The notes beneath the pieces are model-generated. The model saw nothing but the letters and a program-made list of their open reading frames with translations. It had not been told where the DNA came from and searched no databases. A program made the translations under genes and the position numbers. Positions 1 through 8,642 of a DNA stretch of 35,143 bases are shown here, piece by piece; within the stretch, counting starts at the first letter, position 1; the number at the start of each line of letters is the position of its first letter. The DNA is from a virus. Its lineage: Duplodnaviria > Caudoviricetes. Where the stretch lies: positions 1 through 35,143 of the IMG/VR virus record IMGVR_UViG_3300033067_001722; one strand, given 5' to 3'.

Positions 1-288
1 AAAGCTGCGGATATGCTGCAAGGCCTCAACACCCCCGCGGGACGGCAGCAAATCCCCGAAATGAACCTCTGGCAAGGGCTTATCCGGCCGTTCCGGACAG
101 CGGATATGGCCCTAACCGGCATGACCACTCACGGGATTCAAAAGGAAGCCGCGGAACTTCTCGCGCAGCCACCTTCTCCCGAGAGTATTAAACGTCTCCA
201 AGAAATCGCAATGTTCGATCCGAACGTGCGCCGAATTCTCACTGCCCGCTCTGGCCTAATCTCCGGCGCGGAACAAACTCAGGAGTAG
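1..288 (+). CDS. C-terminal fragment of a probable internal virion/DNA-ejection protein (5'-truncated)
   Basis: Frame 1 is open from the window start to the stop at 286-288. The sequence is helical and Ala/Gln-rich and sits just before the tail fibre, where podovirus ejection proteins usually lie. Function is inferred from position only. Confidence 0.45.
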   Translation, partial: KAADMLQGLNTPAGRQQIPEMNLWQGLIRPFRTADMALTGMTTHGIQKEAAELLAQPPSPESIKRLQEIAMFDPNVRRILTARSGLISGAEQTQE

Positions 289-292
289 TAAA

Positions 293-1642
293 ATGGCCTG
301 GAATGGCTCTGGTACTTACGTCCTCCCTTCGGCATATACGCCGGCGGTGAATGGGACAATCATCGACGCGGCGGATTATAACGGCGCGTTGAATGACATC
401 GCTACGGGGATTTCCAACTGCTTCGCAGCAGATGGCCAGAAGACCCCCACCGCGAATCTTCCGATGGGGAGTTTCAAATTTACCGGGCTCGCTGCGGGAA
501 GTGCTGACGGTCAGAGCGTTCGCTATGAGCAGGTTTATCTTCAAGCCGAGGAAACTGTAACAGCGAGTGCAGGGACTACGGATATCTCCACCACTCGCGC
601 TGCGACGTTGGTTATTAATGCTTCCGGAACCCCAGCCATTACCGGGTTCGGAACAGCCGCTGCTGGATTCCGAAGGTTTGTTCGTGTCGGTGGCGCGTTT
701 AGCGTTACCTATAACTCCACCTCGATGAAGACTCCCGGGGCGGCGAACCTCACTTTCGCGGTGGGGGATGTTTTTGATCTTGTTTCCCTCGGCAGCGGGA
801 ATTGGAAGATTGATTCCTATACCTTGAATTCGGGGGTTGCTGTTTCCCTGAATCAAGTCGGGGCTGCGTCGGCTGCCGCCGCTGCAGATCATACCGACTA
901 CACGATTAACTGGAAATGGAAACTTACTTCTAGTACCTACGGCCTGAGGATTAATGAGCCCTCCGCTTCGACTTTTGCAGGCGGGATTCTTGTCTACGCG
1001 GAAACTACCGTTACTTCTACTGCTGTCCCATTTCTTGTGAAATGCAGCGGGCCAGGTTCAACCTATGATGGTTATTTCGGTTTCTACACTACGGGAGGGG
1101 TTCTTGGCTCGGTAATGGTCAGAGCAGCCACTAGCGGATTTGGTGCTGGGGGTGTTCTTGATTTGAAATCGGCGCCTGCCGTTTCTGGTGCAGGGGGTGC
1201 GCTTAATATAACCTCCGGTGGTGGCGCTGGGACTGGCGCAGGTGGGGACATTAACATTACCACCGGAGCCGGCGCTAGCGCGGCGGCGGGGAATATCGTC
1301 ATGACTCCTAGCCTGACGGGGACGACGAAAGGCCAGATCCAGCTTGCAGGCTATATGCGAGTCACAAGCGGGACCGCTCCGACTATCGCATCCGGCGCAG
1401 GCTCTGGCGCGATTATTGGTGGCTATGACAACGCCTTTGGAATTGTCACCGGAACTTCTCCCGCATCCCCGATCGTCATCAACCTCGGCCGGACAATCGC
1501 AGGAGGCTACGCCGTTGCGAATTGCACCCAAAGCGGCATCACTCTCCACTGCACCGTTTCCACGACACAGATTTCCATCGCCTACGCGGGAGGGACTCTC
1601 AGCAGTGGACAAACCATTACCGTTATCATGCTCGGTGGGTAA
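293..1642 (+). CDS. Tail fibre/tailspike-like virion protein
   Basis: 449 aa. The N-terminus MAWNGSGTYVLP...NGTIIDAADYNGALNDIATGISNC resembles podovirus fibre anchor domains. The body is G/A/T/S-rich with GGxLxIxxG repeats. Confidence 0.75.
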   Translation: MAWNGSGTYVLPSAYTPAVNGTIIDAADYNGALNDIATGISNCFAADGQKTPTANLPMGSFKFTGLAAGSADGQSVRYEQVYLQAEETVTASAGTTDISTTRAATLVINASGTPAITGFGTAAAGFRRFVRVGGAFSVTYNSTSMKTPGAANLTFAVGDVFDLVSLGSGNWKIDSYTLNSGVAVSLNQVGAASAAAAADHTDYTINWKWKLTSSTYGLRINEPSASTFAGGILVYAETTVTSTAVPFLVKCSGPGSTYDGYFGFYTTGGVLGSVMVRAATSGFGAGGVLDLKSAPAVSGAGGALNITSGGGAGTGAGGDINITTGAGASAAAGNIVMTPSLTGTTKGQIQLAGYMRVTSGTAPTIASGAGSGAIIGGYDNAFGIVTGTSPASPIVINLGRTIAGGYAVANCTQSGITLHCTVSTTQISIAYAGGTLSSGQTITVIMLGG

Positions 1643-1643
1643 C

Positions 1644-1874
1644 ATGAAACAAGAAGTGACTCAACAAGTAGAAAAAGCCGTTCCAGCGGTGGTCGGAACG
1701 GCTATTACTGTCGCGGATGTGAATACCTACGTCACAATCGGGGTCGGGCTTGCGACTCTGGTTTATGTGCTGTATCAGACCTACGTTTTGCATTGGAAGT
1801 TTCAAGAGGCAAAGCGGCGGCTGGAGGCGCATCAAGAGCAGAGCCCCCTCGATTCGGATTCTGCCCCACTCTGA
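1644..1874 (+). CDS. Putative class II holin (T7 gp17.5-like)
   Basis: ATG at 1644 directly after the fibre stop. 76 aa: VEKAVPAVVGTA..., a hydrophobic helix YVTIGVGLATLVYVLYQTYVL and a charged C-terminus. Position after the tail fibre matches T7 gp17/gp17.5. Confidence 0.6.
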   Translation: MKQEVTQQVEKAVPAVVGTAITVADVNTYVTIGVGLATLVYVLYQTYVLHWKFQEAKRRLEAHQEQSPLDSDSAPL

Positions 1875-2157
1875 CAAAATTCGCTCCCCAGAGAATAGCC
1901 AGTGGCCCGCCCACTGGCTTTCCTTTTGGGCCGATCTTCCTCGGAGCATGGCCGATGGGGGAGATTAGGCCGTATTTACACGCGAAGTTTAGCCAGTCGC
2001 TGGCGCGGCCCTTTCTCATGGCGAAAGCCGCGCCGAGTTCTTCCTGGGTTCGGGGTTTCTCGAGAAGGAAAGCCATCATCGCTAGGAGTCGCTCGATGGT
2101 TTTTCCGTTTCGAGTTGCGCGACCACGGGGAGAAGGCAGCTTTGGAGTTTCTGACAT
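1732..2157 (-). CDS. Winged-HTH-like DNA-binding protein
   Basis: Start MSETPK at 2157 preceded by an AAGGA Shine-Dalgarno. LLEKPRTQEELGAAFAMRKGRASDWLNFACKYGLI fits a wHTH pattern. Confidence 0.55.
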   Translation of the reverse strand: MSETPKLPSPRGRATRNGKTIERLLAMMAFLLEKPRTQEELGAAFAMRKGRASDWLNFACKYGLISPIGHAPRKIGPKGKPVGGPLAILWGANFVRVGQNPNRGGSALDAPPAAALPLETSNAKRRSDTAHKPESQARPRL

Positions 2158-2342
2158 GGGCGTTTTCCTTGTGCGAGTGCGCGATAGTGGTAGTAGAGGG
2201 TATATCGGTGCATTCCAATCCACTCGGCCATGTTGGGGACTTTTTCCCCGCGGGCTTGGCAGAGTCTGAGATAACCATGCAGGCAGCAGTAGTCTTCTGA
2301 GAGAATTTTCGCCTGAAGGTTGTCCATTCGAGGGTTTTTCAT
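2082..2342 (-). CDS. Small hypothetical protein, possible HTH with Cys/His residues
   Basis: 86 aa with an ATGA overlap with the upstream gene. VPNMAEWIGMHRYTLYYHY is HTH-like. Confidence 0.55.
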   Translation of the reverse strand: MKNPRMDNLQAKILSEDYCCLHGYLRLCQARGEKVPNMAEWIGMHRYTLYYHYRALAQGKRPCQKLQSCLLPVVAQLETEKPSSDS

Positions 2343-3544
2343 TCTCCCAGCCCCTCGATGAGTTTGACGACCATTCGAGTATGCCGGTCGACAGAAATCA
2401 TCCCCGCTTGAATCATCCCGACGAGAATTGTCTCGAATTCGTCTGGATCGGGGTAGTGCTTGTGCATGTATCGATAGAGGAGGGAGAAATGCGCTTTTCC
2501 CTCATATCGATCGAGGAAGGCGAGAATCTGTTGCGCAGCATTCGCCCCTTCCTTCATCCCGATCTTGGAGTAAACCTGCGGCATTTGCTTCTCAAGCTCA
2601 GACACAAGCGCCACCGCCCTTTCAAGAGTGGCGCGAGTAATGATAAGCGAATCGTCTTGCGAAACAGCGAGGCACATTGCAACTTTATGCGTAAGCGTTT
2701 GCTTCCGCGCAATATAGCCGCCGAGGAGAGTTTTATCGATTTGCTTCGATTCGACTTTGTGGAAATGTTCATACCAGGCTCTCCCCCATTCTAGAGCATC
2801 TTCGGAAAGTGTGATTTCTCCGCAGAGTTGAGATATTCTCTCCAAGTCACGGATAAGACGTTGGCGGCGTTCTTTATGGTCGTGGGGCATAAAGTCGCGG
2901 GGATAGGCAATATACCGCTCTTTTGCATCAGCGTAGACGAAGAGCATTCGGGAGGTAAGCCCGCCTCCGATGAGGTATTGTGGGACATTTTCAGCAATCC
3001 AGGAGGGAGTGGTACAAGCGATAAGGTTCAGGCAAGGAGTGGGAATGAGAAGTTCCCCATCCTTCCGCGTTCGTTTTTTCATTTCCCGGCCGTCCCAGAT
3101 GTGGACAAGCTGGTCGATCATTTCCGTATCGCGGGGATTTAGGGTGATTCCGAATTCGGAACTGTTGATAATGAGTGGAAATTGAGTTGCCATTTCCCCG
3201 GAAGGGAGTTGGAACTCTTCCCCTACTTCGGCAAAAGCATCGTATAGGGCCTGCCACGTAAGCGTCGCGGGGCCAAAGTGAATACCAGGGAGTTGTTTGA
3301 GGATGTGAGTGATTCCCAAGTCAGCGGTTGTGCTTTTCGCGACAACACCAGGAGGGGCGACGATGAGAGTGTAAAGATTAGGATACCAGGAAAAATCTCC
3401 CATGTCGATCCAGACTTTTCGTCGAAGGGCGGCTGCAATTGTCGCCACTCCAACCCAAAAGTACATATAGGTAGGAGCTTCTCCCCATTTAGCGTGTTCC
3501 ACGAATGCCGTGAGCCAGTCATTATTTTCCCTTTCGTTAGACAT
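2339..3544 (-). CDS. DUF3987/YfjI-family P-loop protein, putative replicative helicase
   Basis: Contains YPNLYTLIVAPPGVVAKST (variant Walker A), LIINSSEFG (Walker B region), LNLIACTTP and GGLTSRMLFV (Arg finger). Lies downstream of the DNA polymerase. Confidence 0.75.
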   Translation of the reverse strand: MSNERENNDWLTAFVEHAKWGEAPTYMYFWVGVATIAAALRRKVWIDMGDFSWYPNLYTLIVAPPGVVAKSTTADLGITHILKQLPGIHFGPATLTWQALYDAFAEVGEEFQLPSGEMATQFPLIINSSEFGITLNPRDTEMIDQLVHIWDGREMKKRTRKDGELLIPTPCLNLIACTTPSWIAENVPQYLIGGGLTSRMLFVYADAKERYIAYPRDFMPHDHKERRQRLIRDLERISQLCGEITLSEDALEWGRAWYEHFHKVESKQIDKTLLGGYIARKQTLTHKVAMCLAVSQDDSLIITRATLERAVALVSELEKQMPQVYSKIGMKEGANAAQQILAFLDRYEGKAHFSLLYRYMHKHYPDPDEFETILVGMIQAGMISVDRHTRMVVKLIEGLGE

Positions 3545-3761
3545 AATCACGTTCTTCAGGAGAGTATGCTACTAGTTTTGGTGGCACATCGTCAGTTAGC
3601 CAGCGATGATAAGCTGCCCACTGGCCAGGAAAACGAAGTGGAAATTTTGTTGGATGGTTCTCAGTGCTATGGCCATCCTCTATATGATTGAAATCCCAAA
3701 TTTGTAGCGAAGGTAGATATTTGTACCAAGCTGTTACTGGTTTCATTTGTAATACCTCCAC
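3537..3761 (-). CDS. Hypothetical protein
   Basis: 74 aa ORF overlapping both neighbours in an operon-like arrangement. Confidence 0.5.
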   Translation of the reverse strand: MEVLQMKPVTAWYKYLPSLQIWDFNHIEDGHSTENHPTKFPLRFPGQWAAYHRWLTDDVPPKLVAYSPEERDYV

Positions 3762-3931
3762 TGCCCTGCAGCCCTTTCGAGACGGACTTTAATTAAGGCT
3801 TCCTTTTGCTCAGGAGTTTTCTGCTGCTCCCATTCAGTTTTGCTAATGCCGAATCGGATGCCGATGAGAAGCATATCTCGCTCCCCGATGTTATTTTCAA
3901 CATACTCCCGCAGGTCTGATTCAATAGTCAT
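3743..3931 (-). CDS. Hypothetical protein
   Basis: Start MTIESDLREY overlaps the polymerase stop (ATGA). 62 aa. Confidence 0.55.
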   Translation of the reverse strand: MTIESDLREYVENNIGERDMLLIGIRFGISKTEWEQQKTPEQKEALIKVRLERAAGQWRYYK

Positions 3932-6366
3932 TTGCAATGCCCCCAACTCTGCGTTGAGCAATTAATCCCCACCGGAATAATCAATGGCTCCGGGTATGGA
4001 ACCACAATCTGCGAAAGGGACCGAAGCTTCTCAACCTCTTCATCCCGTTTAGACGTAAGAAACTGCCCCGCCAGGGAATCGTGGACTTGGATAAGCAGTT
4101 GAATAGAAGTTTCGCCAGCTTGTTCCGCCCCATCGATCGCCACGAGGGCGCGGTTAATAACGCCTGCAACGGTGCTCTGCGGTAGCCAGCCGAGAAGTTC
4201 TGGAAGATTAACACGTCCGAGTGTATAAAGCCGCGCGCCGAAAAGGTTCTCAACATAGCCTCGCTTCGATGCAGCTTCTTCCGTGCGGAGGTGCCAGCGT
4301 TTGACACCCGGGTGCGCGGCAAACCAGTTAGCCCTGAAGCGGCTGGCTTCGTGTACTGTAATACCAAGTGCCTGAGCAAGCTTTCTATCCCCGACACCGT
4401 AATTCGTGGCATGAACGCCGACCTTTGCCTTACCGCGGAAGGCTTCACCGATCTTCGCGCGGTGGTCTTTATAGTTTGGATGACTTTCCGCGAGTTCTTC
4501 ATAGGGGATGGATTTGATGTTGAAAATATCGCAGGCGTTCATGCAGTGCATGTCGATACCGCCGCGGAGGGCCTTTTTTAGCGGGGCGTCATCACATTCC
4601 CAGACGACGACTTGAAGGTCAGCGCGGTCCAGATCCATATCGAAAAAGGTGTATCCGGGATCTGGGATGAATAGCTTTCGTATGTTTGGCAAATGGATGT
4701 AGTCTTTGTCCTTGATTTTTGCCTTTTCCGCAACGGGGATGTTTTGTAGATTCATGCCACTCCCAAAAGCATTTTCGGAAGAGGAGAAGCGGAAGGTTGT
4801 TGGCCCAGCGATGGAGAATGAGCAGCGCATTCGGCCATCGGCGTCTAACTTCGCGTCGATAAAGGTACTTAGGAAGACGCCGATAGAACGCAGTTCCACG
4901 ATAAGTTGACATACACGTTTTAGCATTGGCTCCCGCTCGGCGATTAGGGCCATAGCGGGAGAATTGGTTGTGAGGGAGTCCCCGGCGAGGTTTTTTACCC
5001 CTGGGATACCGAGATCGGTGTAGAAGAACTTCGATAGCTGCGCCGGGGATTTTGGGTTTAGCTCATGCCCAACAAGATAGTTCAACTGGTCCTGGCGATT
5101 AAGCCCAGCTTCGATTAACTCCCGGCGCAGTCCTTCCCGTTGGGGAGTATCGATGCGAATCCCCCGGTTCATCATCCGAAGGACAGGGAAGAAAAGCCGC
5201 TGCTGGAAACACGCATGGGAGAAATGCCTCTCCCCGCGCTCTAGGGCTTGTTCCCAAATCTCCGGCCAGATTTCCCAGGTGATGCAGGAATCCTTGCAGT
5301 TATAGGTCCAGTATTGCTTCTCCCCGATGGATGGGTCCCATTCCTTAATCTCGTCTTTCCAGTAGATGTGGTCCTGGGAATACATCGCGGAGAGGAAGTC
5401 CAGCCCCTTCCGCATATTCGAGAAGCAGGAATGGTGCCCGATCATTGTGTCGTAGACGGACGAGGGGACAATTCCCCAATGGCGCCAGAAATACTGGCAA
5501 TCGTAGAGGTAATTCTGCCCGACGGAATCGACGGCCGGGTGCATGAACAGCCGGGCGATTTTATGAACGATTACCGCTTCTTCTTCGGGGGTCCAGTAAA
5601 ACGGCTTAGAATCATCCACCGTGAGGAAGGGGAGACAAATGGCTTCGGTTGCGCTCCAGGCGATTCCGAGGCAGGCGATATGGCCCCCTCGGGTTTCCAA
5701 GTCGGGGGCAATTCTAAAGCGAGAATGGGAACTTTGCGCGAGGTCAGCTTGCTCGATAAGGGCATCGAGCCAGTATACAGCCTGAGCAAAGGTCGGTTCG
5801 ATGATGAAGTCATAATCGCGGCTTAGTTGGGTTCCCTCGAAAAGAGCTTTCGCCCTGGCGAGGTCGATTTGGAGAATATGGCTCTGCGAGGGGTCACGGA
5901 CGAGGCCACGGGGGTGGATCGTCGGGAGGACCGTCCAGGGCTTCCCGGTCATGCCAAGGCGGCTTCCGCGCCATTTGGTGATGCCCCGGTGGCCTGTGGC
6001 GACCCATAGGCCGAGTTCCCCCAGGGTGATGACGAGGGATGGATTCACCCGAGCGAGAGTCTCATCCAGAACCCGTTTCCGGGCGGCTAGCTCCGGGGAA
6101 ACCCACGTCCCATTCGCGTTTTCCCAAGCTGGTCCGGGGCAGGTCTTTCGCTTCGAGAGGTGGATATCGATATCGTCGTCAGGGGGAGTTGTCTCCAGAA
6201 CTGAGATAACGAAACAGTTATTCTTGAGCAATCCTTTCCTCGATAAAAGATCGAAGAAAAGCCCCCCGGCGTAATCGCTCAGGGGGCTCTGTGCGGACCG
6301 CTCGGCGTTGCTCGGGAAATCGGTGATGATTACAATCCGGGCATCAGGTGGTCCGAGGGTTTTCAT
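3928..6366 (-). CDS. polA: Family A DNA polymerase with N-terminal UDG-like domain and 3'-5' exonuclease
   Basis: UDG-like LVITLGELGL...PTIHP. Exo motifs DLET, GQNYLYD and YNCKD. Pol motifs RFSSS...NLQNIP, DMDLDRADLQVV (A), RGKAKVGVHATNYG (B) and LIQVHDSL (C). Confidence 0.93.
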   Translation of the reverse strand: MKTLGPPDARIVIITDFPSNAERSAQSPLSDYAGGLFFDLLSRKGLLKNNCFVISVLETTPPDDDIDIHLSKRKTCPGPAWENANGTWVSPELAARKRVLDETLARVNPSLVITLGELGLWVATGHRGITKWRGSRLGMTGKPWTVLPTIHPRGLVRDPSQSHILQIDLARAKALFEGTQLSRDYDFIIEPTFAQAVYWLDALIEQADLAQSSHSRFRIAPDLETRGGHIACLGIAWSATEAICLPFLTVDDSKPFYWTPEEEAVIVHKIARLFMHPAVDSVGQNYLYDCQYFWRHWGIVPSSVYDTMIGHHSCFSNMRKGLDFLSAMYSQDHIYWKDEIKEWDPSIGEKQYWTYNCKDSCITWEIWPEIWEQALERGERHFSHACFQQRLFFPVLRMMNRGIRIDTPQREGLRRELIEAGLNRQDQLNYLVGHELNPKSPAQLSKFFYTDLGIPGVKNLAGDSLTTNSPAMALIAEREPMLKRVCQLIVELRSIGVFLSTFIDAKLDADGRMRCSFSIAGPTTFRFSSSENAFGSGMNLQNIPVAEKAKIKDKDYIHLPNIRKLFIPDPGYTFFDMDLDRADLQVVVWECDDAPLKKALRGGIDMHCMNACDIFNIKSIPYEELAESHPNYKDHRAKIGEAFRGKAKVGVHATNYGVGDRKLAQALGITVHEASRFRANWFAAHPGVKRWHLRTEEAASKRGYVENLFGARLYTLGRVNLPELLGWLPQSTVAGVINRALVAIDGAEQAGETSIQLLIQVHDSLAGQFLTSKRDEEVEKLRSLSQIVVPYPEPLIIPVGINCSTQSWGHCK

Positions 6367-6523
6367 TGAGCGAGCCTACCTTTCCTTGGAACCATTCTCC
6401 CCCGCATTTCATTCTTGCGAAGAAGATCGGCTCCGGGTTTGTGAAGTGTTTATCATTATGGCAGAACTCCGACGTTTTCCCGTATTTCCGGTAAACGCAA
6501 AAAAAGCAGGAGTTATTGGCCAC
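6344..6523 (-). CDS. Small Cys-rich (probable Zn-binding) hypothetical protein
   Basis: GTG at 6523. (M)ANNSCFFCVY...FCH...KCGGEWF fills the gap between MazG and polA and overlaps both. Confidence 0.5.
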   Translation of the reverse strand: MANNSCFFCVYRKYGKTSEFCHNDKHFTNPEPIFFARMKCGGEWFQGKVGSLNENPRTT

Positions 6524-6878
6524 TTGGTTTATCGGCGCGAGCGATTGCATGGGCGTCGGAGTAGGAGACGGGGTATCGTTTTTGGAGCTTCGCGATGTTG
6601 GATTCGATGATGAATTCTCGGGGGAGAGCGAGGGTGTTTCTGATACCCGCCAGGTAGAATTCCAAATCTCCGAGTTCTTCAATGACATTCTCCCGATCAA
6701 GGGGTTTTCCGTAGATGACGTGCTTTTTCACCGCGTCGAGGAGTTCCCCGGCTTCACCGGCGATTCCGATTGCCATGTGGAGAAAGTCGCATTTCCCGTG
6801 GTCGAGGGAGGCGAGGATATCTTCCCCGCCTTTGACCCGAACCGCGACGAAGTCGGAATAGGTTTCTTCTGAGAACAT
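6513..6878 (-). CDS. mazG: MazG-like nucleoside triphosphate pyrophosphohydrolase
   Basis: GIAGEAGELLDAVKK...EELGDLEFY gives the ExxE...ExxD motif, followed by NIAKLQKRYP. Confidence 0.9.
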   Translation of the reverse strand: MFSEETYSDFVAVRVKGGEDILASLDHGKCDFLHMAIGIAGEAGELLDAVKKHVIYGKPLDRENVIEELGDLEFYLAGIRNTLALPREFIIESNIAKLQKRYPVSYSDAHAIARADKPSGQ

Positions 6879-6890
6879 GAGGGCTCCGAG

Positions 6891-7754
6891 TTAGTACAAC
6901 GCTAGTTGATGGTTTCTTGGTACAGTAAAACCGGCTGCGGCTGCATGACCGCCACCGCCATATTGTTTTGCTATTTCTGATACATCAATGCCCGTAGCAG
7001 CAGCGCGTAAACCGAAAGTGCGGCCTTCCGCTGTATCCCAATAGCAAGCTGCAAAAAACTCGTTTTGTGCCATTAGATGCGCGGCGTCACTTACCAACGT
7101 ATACGGAAGATTTGCTACTGGCACCTCATAACCGCCGATTACCATACGCCGTTTGCAGACGCTCACTAGCTCGGCAACGTCCTTGTGATGCTTACGCTCA
7201 ATGGCAGCCCCGGCCGCGGTCATTTTCAATAGTTCTACTTGATTCGCACTCATTAGCTTATCCCATAGCTCGAAGCTGTATTCATGCGAGAATACGTACG
7301 CCTGAATCTCGCGCGTACCTGGCAACTTGAAGCGCCACAGGTCGCGGTCTTCTACATGGCCCAACAGTAGCGGTCGGGCTTCCCCTGGAAACAGATAGTC
7401 CCAAGCGAGTGTCGCTCCCGAGCGGTTCAAGTCACAAAACCATCCAAATCGATCACCCAGGCCATTACCGTTTGTCGCAACTTCCTGTTCTTTCAATGGA
7501 CGCAAATCTTCAATAGCTGTTTTGTGGTGGTCAATTAGACATACGCTATTTGCGACTTCCAACATTTGTTCTACTACAACGCGCTTGTAGCTAAAATCTA
7601 CTAGGAACACATCGCGCCCAATCACATCAGGTGGCTTTTGTGAATAAACGCCAGCTACATAATCAGCGTTAGTGCCGTATTTACGCCAAAAACACCAGGC
7701 GGCGCTAAAACCATCAGCGCAATTGCCGTGATATATGACTAAAGGTCTTGTCAT
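6891..7754 (-). CDS. DHH/DHHA1 phosphoesterase (nanoRNase NrnA/NrnB-like)
   Basis: Contains YHGNCADG, VDFS, IDHHKT, SGATLAW, EDRDLW and the C-terminal DHHA1 motif YGGGGHAAAAGF. Confidence 0.88.
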   Translation of the reverse strand: MTRPLVIYHGNCADGFSAAWCFWRKYGTNADYVAGVYSQKPPDVIGRDVFLVDFSYKRVVVEQMLEVANSVCLIDHHKTAIEDLRPLKEQEVATNGNGLGDRFGWFCDLNRSGATLAWDYLFPGEARPLLLGHVEDRDLWRFKLPGTREIQAYVFSHEYSFELWDKLMSANQVELLKMTAAGAAIERKHHKDVAELVSVCKRRMVIGGYEVPVANLPYTLVSDAAHLMAQNEFFAACYWDTAEGRTFGLRAAATGIDVSEIAKQYGGGGHAAAAGFTVPRNHQLALY

Positions 7755-7788
7755 TTGTACTAACCTTTACATGAATTAAAATTGAAAA

Positions 7789-7917
7789 TGGCGGTAGGGG
7801 CTTTTCACCCCTGAGAGAGCCTTATCCAGAACTCCTATTTATCCCCATGCGGCTATTCGAGGTGGGGAGAACTCCCGGATAGGAGGGGGGAGCACCACTT
7901 CCCCAGGTTGGCCGCCA
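7789..7917 (-). ncRNA. Candidate structured non-coding RNA
   Basis: Intergenic. Closing stem UGGCGG/CCGCCA, internal stems using G-U pairs on the minus strand, and a 5-bp/7-nt-loop hairpin just before the 3' CCGCCA. Confidence 0.45.
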
Positions 7918-7943
7918 ACCTCACGTCAATGCAGGTGCGAGAA

Positions 7944-8132
7944 TTAGGGTGTTTTCGGTACTTCTCGAATTTCCGAAATGCGGAGATGCGAATGGATGTA
8001 AACGATTTCCTTTTGAAAAGCAGGAACTCGTTGCTCATTTCTGAATTCCCAATCGCCATGGGCATTCAGGGTTTCAAAGCGAATAGTTACGTCCCAACCA
8101 GCGTGGGCGTCGATGGTGATTGCAGTTGTCAT
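7944..8132 (-). CDS. Hypothetical protein
   Basis: 62 aa with an ATGA overlap with the upstream ORF. Confidence 0.6.
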   Translation of the reverse strand: MTTAITIDAHAGWDVTIRFETLNAHGDWEFRNEQRVPAFQKEIVYIHSHLRISEIREVPKTP

Positions 8133-8323
8133 GGTTTTTCAGGGTTAGGGTTTGGAAGTCCGCTATATAATGGATACCCATCGATATGCGGTTCATTTGT
8201 GCGCCGTTCTAGCTCTTCGTCCGATGGGCGAAGGTAAATACATTCATTTCCAAGTTCGAGTTTCTCGCACTCGCAAACAACCCGAGTACAAACACCCGTT
8301 GAACCTCGAAGGAGCTTTTCCAT
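8129..8323 (-). CDS. Hypothetical protein
   Basis: Start MEKLLRG 1 nt after the upstream stop. 64 aa with Cys residues. Confidence 0.55.
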   Translation of the reverse strand: MEKLLRGSTGVCTRVVCECEKLELGNECIYLRPSDEELERRTNEPHIDGYPLYSGLPNPNPEKP

Positions 8324-8324
8324 A

Positions 8325-8642
8325 TTAAGCCGCGGCGTTATATTCCGCGAGAGCCCATTCGATATCTTCTTTCGTGGCCCCGCCGACGAGGGCTTTTTCC
8401 GCGAGGGCCTTGAGGATGCCGTTTCGCCGTTGGGCAATTTCCAGTTCGGTTTCTTGCTTCGTTGCCCAGATTTCCCGTCCGCGCCAGGCAATGCGGAGGT
8501 TGGTCAGGCCGTCTTTCTTTGCTTTGACTTCGGCGGAATCGAGGATTGCGCGAGCTTGTGTGATGGTGACGAAATCGTCATCGGTATTCTGCCCGAGCAT
8601 ACCAAAGTCGCCGGGGTAGATTCGAATTTCTTTAAAGGCCAT
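8325..8642 (-). CDS. Hypothetical protein
   Basis: 105 aa with a GGAG Shine-Dalgarno upstream. Confidence 0.65.
   Translation of the reverse strand: MAFKEIRIYPGDFGMLGQNTDDDFVTITQARAILDSAEVKAKKDGLTNLRIAWRGREIWATKQETELEIAQRRNGILKALAEKALVGGATKEDIEWALAEYNAAA

Noticed and set aside
293-1642. Diversity-generating retroelement target in the tail fibre
   Set aside because: No reverse transcriptase and no template/variable repeat pair seen in the window.
3928-7754. 2-aminoadenine (Z) genome or other base-modification cluster
   Set aside because: MazG and PolA are present, but I saw no PurZ, HD-domain DatZ, thymidylate-synthase-like or transferase gene.
7905-7945. HDV-like ribozyme suggested by CCTCACGT, or a true tRNA at 7789-7917
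   Set aside because: I could not build the nested P1-P4 pseudoknot, and there is no D arm, anticodon arm or TTC loop.
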